From: Armatimonadota bacterium
GTDB taxonomy: Bacteria > Armatimonadota > SYMT01
Direction: 5' to 3'
DNA length: 64,000 nt
Assembly: GCA_041690135.1 (NCBI GenBank)
Contig: JAWLHY010000004.1
Coordinates: forward strand, 445,856 to 509,855
Position 1 is the first letter of the stretch, and the number at the start of each line of letters is the position of its first letter. The position numbers and the translations under genes were made by a program. The notes beneath the pieces were generated by a model, which was not told where the DNA came from, did not search any database, and was given only the letters and a program-made list of their open reading frames with translations. Of this stretch, positions 9,404-18,523 are shown piece by piece.

Positions 9404-9949
9404 CTACTGGCGTTTCCAGGCACTACGGAAAGCATACACAACTATGGGACTGGTCAGTCCAAGGAGGCAACCCAACAGATTTGTTGTCTCTGGCTGCGGG
9501 CTCCAGATGCGCATCATCAGTTGAGATGAGACCAAAAACGTGGCAGAAAAGGAAGCCCACAACAGCAATATGAATAGAGTGAAGCCCCAGTTCCATATGC
9601 TCTGAGTGTCCACACCTGTATTCTCAAGACCTAGTTCAGATTCAGCTACAGGACCCCTTCCGCGTAGTAAATCGCGACGTTTTTTCTTGACCAGAGTCGC
9701 GTTAATAGTCACCTCTGACCATCTCATCGCCTCACCACCCACCCACGTTCCAAGCAAGCGAGAAAACCCGACTCCCGCAACAAACCATGTTATGCCACCC
9801 CAGAGACTTCCGACGGCCCACCAGACTGACAAAGATGGCACGCCTCTCCCGAACAGAGTGATTATACAAAACAAGAATAGGAAACTGGACATAGCACCCA
9901 ATAGTGGCTCCGCATAGATCACTATCCATGATGCGACATGTCTGCGCAT
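9404..9949 (-). CDS. Hypothetical multi-pass membrane protein (lower-GC island)
   Basis: 181 aa with about four hydrophobic segments. Confidence 0.55.
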   Translation of the reverse strand: MRRHVASWIVIYAEPLLGAMSSFLFLFCIITLFGRGVPSLSVWWAVGSLWGGITWFVAGVGFSRLLGTWVGGEAMRWSEVTINATLVKKKRRDLLRGRGPVAESELGLENTGVDTQSIWNWGFTLFILLLWASFSATFLVSSQLMMRIWSPQPETTNLLGCLLGLTSPIVVYAFRSAWKRQ

Positions 9950-10014
9950 GCGTTAGCACCTCACTGCGTTGAGCGCGCCACTCAATGAGATCAGGGGAAG
10001 AGAAGGTATCCGGT

Positions 10015-10311
10015 GGCAAGTGGTGCCGCAGCCCGTCCACCCGGTAGAGCATGGCGCTGCGTGCTCCCGACGATTGCGCGATCTCCCGCAGCCGGTTATC
10101 CGAATGCCATGCGTAGGTCGTGAACTCTGTCGGCGACTGTATCACCTGCTGGTTCCCCGCCGCATCAAAGGTATAGGACGCCACAGAGGCACCCGTGGTT
10201 TCATTGGTGATCTGATCCACCGGATCGTAGGTCCACTCGGTCAGCGTCTGGACCGCGTTCCACGTTCAGTCCTGGCTCGTGCGGTTGCTCGCGGGGTCGT
10301 AGGCCCAGGTC
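10015..10311 (-). pseudogene. RHS/YD-repeat protein fragment
   Basis: TWAYDPASNRTSQD*TWNAVQTLTEWTYDPVDQITNETTGASVASYTFDAAGNQ..TTYAWHSDNRL..YRVDGLR: YD-repeat periodicity with an in-frame TGA at 10266-10268; no start and no RHS core. Confidence 0.8.
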
Positions 10312-10447
10312 GGTAGTCCGCGCCGAGATATCTTTCGGTCCCGCGGTAGGAGGCAAAAGCGTATCCGGGTTGGCGCTGGACGCGTCGGCTGCCCGGGGCA
10401 GGGGCGTACACGCCGGATCCGGGAGCACTCGTCGGACTTTCCTTTCC

Positions 10448-10925
10448 CTTTCGCGTTTTCGCAATTTCGTGTTTTCGTCCATACGGACGCCCGAATGGGC
10501 GTGTTGGCCCGCGCAGCGCCCCCACGAACCCCAAAATTGCAAAACGAACTCCTCCCCTGCCCCGCAGCAAACCCTCCTTGTCCTTATCTTCATCCTCATC
10601 CGCCGCAGGCCGGGCCTCATCCGCCACAGGCCGGGCCTCATTAGCCCCAGAAAAGGGCTGGCACAGTTTTCCCCACGACACGCTGCTCTGTCGCCCTTCC
10701 AGGGCTTATCTATTTGGGCACCTGGTCCGGGGGCTTACACCCCCGGCTATTGTCTTGCCGCCCCTCCGGGGCTACGGACCGACCCTTACCGAAAACCGAA
10801 TCTCCCTGGGGGCAACCCTGGAACACTCGCCGGCACTCCCCCTTCCGCGCTTTTCCGCGTATTCCGCGGGCAATTCCGTCCTTTGCGTCCTTCGCATCCT
10901 TTGCGTCCTTCGCATCCTTTGCGTT
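10448..10925. repeat. Intergenic mosaic: inverted CGAAA tract, ATCCTY hexamers, REP-like palindromes (~10640-10775), TTCCGCG and CTTYGCRTC nonamers
   Basis: Seen directly, e.g. CCGGGGGCTTACACCCCCGG hairpin and (CTTTGCGTCCTTCGCATC)x2. Confidence 0.75.
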
Positions 10926-11023
10926 CCCCGGGATGCCAGTACTGCCACAAGGAACACCCAAACGAACTCCCACAGGAAGATGCAGGCCGCAGCGGGAACT
11001 AGATCCTATAAGGAGCAATTCGC

Positions 11024-13465
11024 ATGAGGGTCCGCACGTCTCTGCCCATCCTCTCCCTCGCCCTCGTCGGGGCCCTGGTCGCCGGGGCCGCCGGCACCAG
11101 CGGCGCGGCCGCCCCCCAACGGGAGGCCACCGCCCGGAAGACCCGCGCGCAGACGAAAGCGGAGAAGAAAGCCGCGAAGGCCGCGGCCGCCGCCTACGAG
11201 AAGCAGGTTGCGCCGCTGCTCAAGAAGTACTGCGTCAACTGCCACGGACCCAAGCAGGAGATCGGCGGCATCAACGTCACGGCCTTCAAGGATGAAGCCG
11301 CCGTGGTCAAGGCGCGCGACATCTGGGAGAAGATCGCGGAGAACGTGGGCGCGGGCCATATGCCGCCCAAGAACTCGCCCCAGCCCAGCCAGGCGGAGCG
11401 GACCGCCATCGTCGGCTGGATCGAGGCGAAGCTGTCACAGGTGGACTGCGAGATCCGGGAGCCGGGCGCCGTCACCCTGCGCCGCCTCAATCGGGTGGAG
11501 TACAACCACACCGTCCGCGACCTGGTGGGCATCGACTTCAATCCCGCCGAGGACTTCCCTTCCGACGACGTGGGCTACGGCTTCGATAACATCGGCGACG
11601 TCCTCTCCATCTCGCCGCTCCTCATGGAGAAGTATCTCGATGCGGCCGAGCAGATCGTGCAGAAGGCGATCGTCGCTCCCGAAACCGGCGCGAAGGTGGA
11701 GCGGATCGAGGTGGAGGACCTGGCCAACGGCGACATCTTCCAGAACGTCTACGTGATGCTGGGCAAGACGGGCGATGCCACGCAGCGCCGCTTCCCGCTC
11801 GTGAAGCCGGGCGAGCACCTCATCCGCATCCGCGCGTTCGGCCAGCAGTGGGGCCCCGAGCCGCCCAAGCTGGAGCTGCGGGTCAACAACCAGGTGGTCA
11901 CCGTCTTCGACGTCACCACGGAAGAGGGCAACCCCGGTATCTACCAGGCGAAGGTGAAGCTCCCCGAGGGGCGACACCTGGTCAAGGCCACCTACCTCAA
12001 CAACTACAACACCCTCGACGACCCGGACCCCAAGAAGCGAGGCGACCGTAACCTGGTGGTGGACTACCTGGAGATGGTGGGGCCGCTGAAGCAGCACCCG
12101 CAGGGGCTGCCGGAGTCCCATCGCCGAATCTTCACGCTTCAGCCCGAGCCCGGAAAGGAGCGGGAGGCCGCCCGCAAGATCCTGGCCGCCTTCACCCGCC
12201 GCGCCTACCGCCGCCCCGTCGCGACCGCGGAACTCGACCGCATCCTCAAGGTGTACGATGCCTCGGCGAAGGAGGGACTCAGCTTCGAGCTCTCGGTCGG
12301 CACCGCCCTGCAGGCGGTCCTCACGTCGCCGCACTTCCTTTTCCGGGTGGAGTTGGACGGCAACTCCGAAGGGGTGGACCCGCACCGCCTGCTCAACGGC
12401 TGGGAACTCGCCAACCGCCTCTCCTACTTCCTCTGGAGCAGCATGCCGGATGAGGAGCTCTTCTCTCTGGCCGAGAGCGGCGAGCTGCGGAAGCCGGAGG
12501 TCCTGGAAGCCCAGGCGCGCCGGATGCTGAAGGACCCCAAGGCCTTTGCCTTCGTGGAAAACTTCGGCGGACAGTGGCTCACCCTGCGCAACCTCAAGAT
12601 CGCCGCGCCCGACCCGCAGCGCTTCCCCACCTTTAACGAAGCGCTGCGCGCCGACATGGAAAAGGAGACGCTCCTCTTCTTCCAGAGCATCATGCAGGAA
12701 GACCGGAGCCTGCTGGACCTCTTCGACGCGAACTACACCTTCCTGAACGAGCGCCTGGCAAAGCACTACGGCCTCGACTGGGTGAAGGGGGATCACTTCC
12801 GCAAGGTGGTGCTCGCCGACGGGCAGCGCGGCGGCATCCTCAAGCAGGCCAGCGTGCTCACCATCACTTCCAACCCCACCCGCACCAACCCGGTCAAGCG
12901 CGGCAAATGGATTCTGGAGCAGATCCTCGGCACGCCCCCGCCCCCACCTCCGCCGGACGTCCCCGAGCTGGCGGACGACCAGGGCAAAATGCTCACCGGC
13001 ACCCTGCGCCAGCGCCTGGAGCAGCACCGGGAAGACCCCGGCTGCGCTTCCTGCCACAACCGGCTCGACCCCCTCGGCTTCGCGCTGGAGAACTACGATG
13101 CCGTCGGCGCCTGGCGCGTGAAGGATGGGGAAGAGGTGGTGGACGCCTCCGGCGTGCTGCCCAGCGGCGAGAAGTTCCAGGGCCCCACCGACTTCCAGAA
13201 GATCCTCCTGGGCAAGAAGAAGCAAATCATCCGAAACCTTTCCGAGCGGATGTTGACATACGCCATAGGAAGAGGTGTCGAGCACGAAGACCGCTGCTAC
13301 GTCGACGAGATTGCCGCGAACGTGAGCCAGGACCGGTACCGGTTCTCCGCGCTGGTTACGTCCATCGTCACCAGCGATCCGTTCCGCAAGCAGAAGATCG
13401 ACCGGCCGGAAATCGTGCCCCAGGACAAGGGTAAAGAGGTTAAGGGAAGGAAGAAGGCAGAATGA
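11024..13465 (+). CDS. DUF1592/DUF1588/DUF1587/DUF1595/DUF1585-type secreted protein with two c-type haem motifs
   Basis: AAGGAG RBS, signal peptide, CVNCH...MPP, LRRLNRVEY, GFDN, RRAYRRP, SPHFLFR, LSYFLWSSMPD, PVKRGKW, CASCH..LDPLGF.LENYD. Confidence 0.92.
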   Translation: MRVRTSLPILSLALVGALVAGAAGTSGAAAPQREATARKTRAQTKAEKKAAKAAAAAYEKQVAPLLKKYCVNCHGPKQEIGGINVTAFKDEAAVVKARDIWEKIAENVGAGHMPPKNSPQPSQAERTAIVGWIEAKLSQVDCEIREPGAVTLRRLNRVEYNHTVRDLVGIDFNPAEDFPSDDVGYGFDNIGDVLSISPLLMEKYLDAAEQIVQKAIVAPETGAKVERIEVEDLANGDIFQNVYVMLGKTGDATQRRFPLVKPGEHLIRIRAFGQQWGPEPPKLELRVNNQVVTVFDVTTEEGNPGIYQAKVKLPEGRHLVKATYLNNYNTLDDPDPKKRGDRNLVVDYLEMVGPLKQHPQGLPESHRRIFTLQPEPGKEREAARKILAAFTRRAYRRPVATAELDRILKVYDASAKEGLSFELSVGTALQAVLTSPHFLFRVELDGNSEGVDPHRLLNGWELANRLSYFLWSSMPDEELFSLAESGELRKPEVLEAQARRMLKDPKAFAFVENFGGQWLTLRNLKIAAPDPQRFPTFNEALRADMEKETLLFFQSIMQEDRSLLDLFDANYTFLNERLAKHYGLDWVKGDHFRKVVLADGQRGGILKQASVLTITSNPTRTNPVKRGKWILEQILGTPPPPPPPDVPELADDQGKMLTGTLRQRLEQHREDPGCASCHNRLDPLGFALENYDAVGAWRVKDGEEVVDASGVLPSGEKFQGPTDFQKILLGKKKQIIRNLSERMLTYAIGRGVEHEDRCYVDEIAANVSQDRYRFSALVTSIVTSDPFRKQKIDRPEIVPQDKGKEVKGRKKAE

Positions 13466-14808
13466 GCAATCCACGCATCCCCCGCCGTACCGTACTGAAG
13501 GGCCTGGGTACGGCCATCGCGCTGCCGATGCTGGAAGGGCTGATGCCCGCCTCCGCGTTGGCCGCGCAGGCCGTCTCCCCGCAGCCGCTGCGGATGGCCT
13601 TCCTGTTCGTGCCGAACGGGATCAACATGGAGCACTGGACGCCCGCGGAAGAGGGCGAGCTCGGCAAGCTTCCCTCTATCCTGGAGCCGCTCGACCCCTT
13701 CAAGAGCCAGTTCAACGTGCTCACCGGCCTCACGCACGACAAGGCCCGCGCGAACGGCGACGGCCCCGGCGATCACGCCCGCTCGGCCTCGGCGTTCCTC
13801 ACCGCAAGCCAGCCGTACAAAACGCATGGCGCGGATATCCGGGTCGGCATCTCGGTCGACCAGCTCGTGGCGCAGAAGGTCAAGCTTCCCACCAAGTTCT
13901 CCACCCTGGAGCTGGGCCTCGAGCGCGGCGCCCAGGCCGGCAACTGCGATTCCGGTTATAGCTGCGCTTACTCCTCCGCCATCTCCTGGCGCACCGAATC
14001 GACCCCGGTGGCCAAGGAGGTGGACCCGCGGCAGGTGTTCGACCGCCTCTTCGGCAACGGCGACACCCCGGAGATGGACGAGAGCCGCGCCCGCCGCGAT
14101 CGCCAGCGCAAGAGCATCCTCGACTTCGTGATGGACGACGCGAAGCGCCTGCAGGGCCAGCTCAGCCTGAAGGGCCGCCGCAAGCTGGACGAGTACCTCA
14201 GCAGCGTCCGCGAGATCGAGAAGCGCGTGGAGCTCGCCGGCAAGGAAGCCGTGGAAGACGCCCCGAAGGGAGCCGTCCGCCCCACCGGCATGCCGCGCGA
14301 GTACTCCGACCACTCCCGGCTGATGCTCGACATGCTGGCCCTGGCGTTCCAGGCGGACCTCACCCGGGTCTCCACCTTCATGTTCGCCAACGAAGGCAGC
14401 AACCGGCCCTACCGCAACCTGGGCATCTCCGAAGGCCACCACCAGCTCTCCCATCACCAGCGCGACGCGGAGAAGCTGGAAAAGATCCGCCAGATCAACC
14501 ACTTCCATATTCAGCAGCTCGCTTACCTGCTCGGCAAGCTGAACTCCATGGAAGAGGGCGAGGGCACCGTCCTCGACAACACGATGCTGGTCTACGGCTG
14601 CGCCATCAGCGACGGCAACCGCCACAACCACGACGACCTACCGGTGCTCCTCATCGGCGGCGCCGGCGGCACGATCAAAACGGGCCGGCACATCCGCTAC
14701 GCCCACAACACGCCGATGGCGAACCTTTACCTCTCCCTGATGGACCGGATGAACTGCACCGTCGAGCGCTTCGGCGACAGCACCGGCCGCCTCGACCGGC
14801 TCACCTGA
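13462..14808 (+). CDS. DUF1552 (HXXSHH) family protein, Tat-like leader
   Basis: ATGA overlap with upstream gene; RRTVLKG...LPMLE, PNG, GYSCAY..ISW, HHQLSHH, FGDSTG. Confidence 0.92.
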   Translation: MSNPRIPRRTVLKGLGTAIALPMLEGLMPASALAAQAVSPQPLRMAFLFVPNGINMEHWTPAEEGELGKLPSILEPLDPFKSQFNVLTGLTHDKARANGDGPGDHARSASAFLTASQPYKTHGADIRVGISVDQLVAQKVKLPTKFSTLELGLERGAQAGNCDSGYSCAYSSAISWRTESTPVAKEVDPRQVFDRLFGNGDTPEMDESRARRDRQRKSILDFVMDDAKRLQGQLSLKGRRKLDEYLSSVREIEKRVELAGKEAVEDAPKGAVRPTGMPREYSDHSRLMLDMLALAFQADLTRVSTFMFANEGSNRPYRNLGISEGHHQLSHHQRDAEKLEKIRQINHFHIQQLAYLLGKLNSMEEGEGTVLDNTMLVYGCAISDGNRHNHDDLPVLLIGGAGGTIKTGRHIRYAHNTPMANLYLSLMDRMNCTVERFGDSTGRLDRLT

Positions 14809-14888
14809 TCGGCCTCTCGGGATAAGGAAGAGTAGAGGATAAGGATAAAGAGGGGCGCGGGCGGAGCTTCTGCCTGCGCCCTTCTTAT

Positions 14889-15411
14889 CGTTTGTAGCAG
14901 CGTGGGTTCTGCCGCTTGCTGTTTGTACTAACGCGGCTTCAGCCCGCATCCGCTCGCGAGCCATGCCCCAGGATCCCGTCCTGGATCACGACCCCGGCAT
15001 GGCTCGTAGTAGCGCGGCTTTAGCCCGCGTCCCCTCGCGAGCAGGGAACCAGGACCCGTTTGGCGATCCCAAATCCAGCGATGCGTGCGAGAAGGAGCGC
15101 CAAGCACCAGTCCGGGATTCGGAAACCGTGAGCGCAAAAGGGAACCCGACTAGCGTCGGGACTCCCATCACGCGCCGTGGGTATAGGAGGGAACACCATG
15201 AGCTCCGCCACGGATCGTGCGCTTACCCCGCGACCCTACACCTGATCAGGCCCGAGAGGGGAGTCCGGACGCCAGTCCGGGGTTCGGAATTGGTAGTCGC
15301 AAGGGGGAACCCGACTGGCGTCGGGACTCCCATCACGCACTGAGTCGAGCTACTCTTCCCCTACCCTTACACGCCTGCCACGAGATGAGGGGCGGGCGAG
15401 ACGCCCGCTCC
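14889..15411. repeat. REP/REPIN-like palindrome cluster
   Basis: GTAG-footed palindromes (14889-15030); 67-bp imperfect direct repeats at 15107-15173 and 15272-15338 with GGGAACCCGAC-N4-GTCGGGACTCCC hairpin, plus an inverted copy at ~15259-15286; GCGGGCGAGACGCCCGC at 15392. Confidence 0.8.
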
Positions 15412-15458
15412 ACTCCACCTGCCACCCTTCCCCCACTCACCAGTCCTGGCCGTGCCCC

Positions 15459-16694
15459 CTATACCTGGGCTCCTATCCTATTCGCCTCATTCGCCCAATT
15501 AGCGGATCCACCACTCGACGTCCGGGCGTGCCTCCGGCAGAGGGACAGGACCGTGTCGCAGACCCGTTCCACCTCGGCATCCGTCATGGCCGAGTAGAGG
15601 GGAAGGGAGAGTAGCTCCGGATAGGCCGCCGTCGCGACCGGGAACTCCTCCGGGCGGCACCCGAACTTTTTCCGGTAGTGAGGATGCAGGTGCAGCGGGA
15701 TAAAGTGGACGCTCGCCCCGATCCCCTCTTCCCGCAGGGCATCGATGAACTGCGCGCGGTCGATCGAAAGGCGGTCGAGCTGCAGCCGCAGGGTGTACAG
15801 GTGCCACCCGTGCCGGACGCCGGGACCACCTGTCGACGGCGTCCGGAGCGCTTCCTCACCCTCGAACCGGCGGGTATACTCCGCGGCGATGGCGGCCCGG
15901 CGGGCCCACATGGCGTCGCAGCGGTCGAGTTGGACCATTCCCAACGAGGCCGCGATGTCGGTGAGGTTGTACTTGAAGCCCGCTTCGATCACCTCGTAGT
16001 ACCAGGATCCGGAGGCGCTGTACCGCTTCCAGGCGTCCCGGCTGATCCCGTGGAGGCTCATGCACTTCATCCGGTCCGCCAGGGCGGCGTCGTTGGTGGT
16101 GACCATCCCGCCTTCGCCCGTGGTGATGTTCTTCGTCGCGTAGAAGCTGAAGGCTGAAACCTGCCCGAACGTCCCCACGCGCCGGCCCATATACTCCGCC
16201 GGCAGCGCGTGCGCCGCGTCTTCCACCACCGCCAGGCCGTAGCGTTCGGCAAGGCCTTCCACCCGGTCCATGGGGCAGGGCAGGCCGGCGAAGTGGACCG
16301 GGATGATCGCTTTGACGCGGCGCTCGCAGGTCTCCAGCCGCCGCCGCGCGTCGTCCACGTCGAGGTTCAGCGTCACCGGATCGCAGTCCACCAGCACCGG
16401 CTGCGCGCCCAGGTACTGGACGATCTCCGCCGTGGCCGTGAAGGTCATCGTCGGCACGAGCACGGCGTCGTCCGGGCCGATGCCCAGGGCCTCCAGCGCC
16501 AGGTGGAGGCCCGCCGTGCAGGAGTTCACCGCCACGGCATGGCGCGCGCCGATGTACTCCGCGAACTGCTCCTCAAAGGCCCGGCAGCGGGGTCCCGTGG
16601 TGAGCCAGCCCGAACGGAGGCAGGCCACCACGGCCTCGATCTCCGCCTCGCCGAGGTCCGGGCGGTGGAACGGTAGGAAATCCGGCGGGTTCAC
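15459..16694 (-). CDS. DegT/DnrJ/EryC1/StrS PLP-dependent sugar aminotransferase (ArnB/PglE/SpsC-like)
   Basis: SGWLTTGP, NSCTAGLHL, EDAAHA, FSFYATKNITTGEGG (PLP lysine), LSLPLY. Confidence 0.95.
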   Translation of the reverse strand: MNPPDFLPFHRPDLGEAEIEAVVACLRSGWLTTGPRCRAFEEQFAEYIGARHAVAVNSCTAGLHLALEALGIGPDDAVLVPTMTFTATAEIVQYLGAQPVLVDCDPVTLNLDVDDARRRLETCERRVKAIIPVHFAGLPCPMDRVEGLAERYGLAVVEDAAHALPAEYMGRRVGTFGQVSAFSFYATKNITTGEGGMVTTNDAALADRMKCMSLHGISRDAWKRYSASGSWYYEVIEAGFKYNLTDIAASLGMVQLDRCDAMWARRAAIAAEYTRRFEGEEALRTPSTGGPGVRHGWHLYTLRLQLDRLSIDRAQFIDALREEGIGASVHFIPLHLHPHYRKKFGCRPEEFPVATAAYPELLSLPLYSAMTDAEVERVCDTVLSLCRRHARTSSGGSANWANEANRIGAQV

Positions 16695-16697
16695 GAT

Positions 16698-17411
16698 CTA
16701 CTCTCCTGACTCACGTCCATCTTCCGGGCTCACCCGGCCCTCTTCCAGGCGGTAGGCACGGCCGCACTCTCCACACCGGGCATGCTCCGCCTCGAACTGT
16801 AGCCGGACCCCGCACTCGCAGGCCCAACCGTGGATCCGCGCCGGGTTGCCGTACACCAGGGCATAGTCCGGGATGTCCCGCGTCACCACCGAACCCGCCC
16901 CGATGAAGGCGAAACGGCCGATGGTGTGCCCACAAACGATGGTGGCGTTCGCACCGATACTGGCCCCGCGCTTCACCCGGGTGGGAGCGTAGTCTTCCAC
17001 CCGGTTCCGGGGAACCCCGGAGCGCGGCGTGGTCACGTTGGTGAAGACCATGGAGGGACCGCAGAACACATCGTCCTCCAGGGTGACCCCGGTGTAGATC
17101 GACACGTTGTTCTGGATCTTCACGTTGTTCCCGATCTGCACGTGCGGCGCGATGAAGACGTTCTGACCGATGCGGCAGTCCCGCCCCAGGGTAGAGTGCG
17201 GCATCACGTGGCAGAAGTGCCAGATGACGGTCCCTTCCCCGATCTCACACGGCTCATCGACGTAGGAAGAGGGATGCACGAAGTAGCTGCGCGCGGGCCG
17301 AGCCGGCTCCTGCACCGGAGGCGGTACGAACCGCCGTGCCTCCGGGCGGAGCACTTCCTGCTCCAGTTCCTCTTCCTCGTCGAGTTGTAGATCCTTGGTC
17401 TCAATGATCAT
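16698..17411 (-). CDS. Hexapeptide-repeat N-acetyltransferase (WbpD/WlbB-like) with C-terminal Zn ribbon
   Basis: IWHFCHV, VKIQNNVSIY, FCGPSMVFTN, GASIGANATIVCG, GNPAR, CECG...CGEC. Confidence 0.92.
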   Translation of the reverse strand: MIIETKDLQLDEEEELEQEVLRPEARRFVPPPVQEPARPARSYFVHPSSYVDEPCEIGEGTVIWHFCHVMPHSTLGRDCRIGQNVFIAPHVQIGNNVKIQNNVSIYTGVTLEDDVFCGPSMVFTNVTTPRSGVPRNRVEDYAPTRVKRGASIGANATIVCGHTIGRFAFIGAGSVVTRDIPDYALVYGNPARIHGWACECGVRLQFEAEHARCGECGRAYRLEEGRVSPEDGRESGE

Positions 17412-17452
17412 CTAATTTGCACTCCACCCTTTAAGAAGTGTGATCCCAACCT

Positions 17453-18505
17453 TCAACTTGCAACCTTCAAACCTTCCAACCCAGATGCAGGTAACGCGGA
17501 ACGGCACCCGCTGCGGGCCGCCTTGAGGCATTGGTCCACTTGCTCCAGGATGCGCACCACCCGCAGGCCATCCCGGCCGTCGCTGCGTGGGGTGCGGTCG
17601 TGAAGGATGCAGTCCACGAAGTGCTGGGCCTCGATCTGCAGCGGCTCCTTCATCGGGAGGTGGGGAATGTGGATGTCGCCGTGCCGGACGGTGATCGCCT
17701 GGGCCGGTCCCACGGCGGCGGGGTGCACGTCGGCGCCCTTGTCGTAGATCCGGATCTTCTCGGACGCTTCCATGTCGTCGAAGGCGAGCATCCGCTGGGA
17801 GCCGACCACCACCATCCGCCGCGCCTTGTGCGGGTCGAGCCACGAGACGTGGATCTGCGCCATGCGGCCGTCCGGAAAGTGGAGGTTGGCGAAGACCACG
17901 TCCTCGATCCCCGGCTGCAGGAAGCACTCCCCACTGGCGGTTACCCGGTCCGGCTCCTGACCGAAAAGGTAGAGGATCACGGAGATGTCGTGCGGCGCCA
18001 GCGACCAGAAGGCGTTCTCATCCTGCCGCACCACCCCCAGGTTCAGGCGCTGGCAGTAGATGTAGTACACGCGCCCCAGCGCCTCGCTCTGGATCTGCTC
18101 GCGGATGTACTCCACCGCCGGATGGTACTCCAGCAGGTGACCCACCATCAGCTTGCGATCCAGCCGGTCGGCCGTGCAGACCAGCTCTTCCGCGTCCGAA
18201 GTGGTCAGCGTCATCGGCTTTTCCACGTAGACGTGCTTGCCGGCCGCCAGCGCCGCCTGCGCCATCCGGAAGTGGAGCGGAGCGGGCGTGGCCAGCACCA
18301 CGGCATCCACCTGCGGGTCGAGCAGCACACGCTCGTAGGAATCGGTAGCGATGGCCTGCGGGTGCTGCTTCGAATGGCGCTCCAGCGTCTCGGGGCTGCG
18401 GTCGCAGATATATGCCAGCCGGGCGTTTTTCGCGGCCCCAAAGCTCCGCACCACGTTCTTGCCCCACCCCCCCAGGCCCACCACCGCCAGATTGACTTCA
18501 GACAT
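17453..18505 (-). CDS. Gfo/Idh/MocA oxidoreductase (putative UDP-sugar 3-dehydrogenase, WbpB-like role)
   Basis: GLGGWG, HVYVEKPM, MVGHLL.YHP, RLNLG, APHDIS, SWLDPHK. Confidence 0.9.
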   Translation of the reverse strand: MSEVNLAVVGLGGWGKNVVRSFGAAKNARLAYICDRSPETLERHSKQHPQAIATDSYERVLLDPQVDAVVLATPAPLHFRMAQAALAAGKHVYVEKPMTLTTSDAEELVCTADRLDRKLMVGHLLEYHPAVEYIREQIQSEALGRVYYIYCQRLNLGVVRQDENAFWSLAPHDISVILYLFGQEPDRVTASGECFLQPGIEDVVFANLHFPDGRMAQIHVSWLDPHKARRMVVVGSQRMLAFDDMEASEKIRIYDKGADVHPAAVGPAQAITVRHGDIHIPHLPMKEPLQIEAQHFVDCILHDRTPRSDGRDGLRVVRILEQVDQCLKAARSGCRSALPASGLEGLKVAS

Positions 18506-18523
18506 TCCGTGTACTCCTCACCC

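Noticed and set aside
10266-10268. Recoded TGA (selenocysteine/readthrough) in the RHS fragment
   Set aside because: The fragment lacks a start and the RHS core, and other genes use TGA as stop, so a nonsense mutation is simpler.
11435-13474. Long antisense ORFs (also 25059-27164, 28813-30609, 37867-40086, 40356-42470, 56943-59048)
   Set aside because: They are shadows of well-supported genes on the opposite strand, expected with high-GC codon bias, and have no recognisable motifs.
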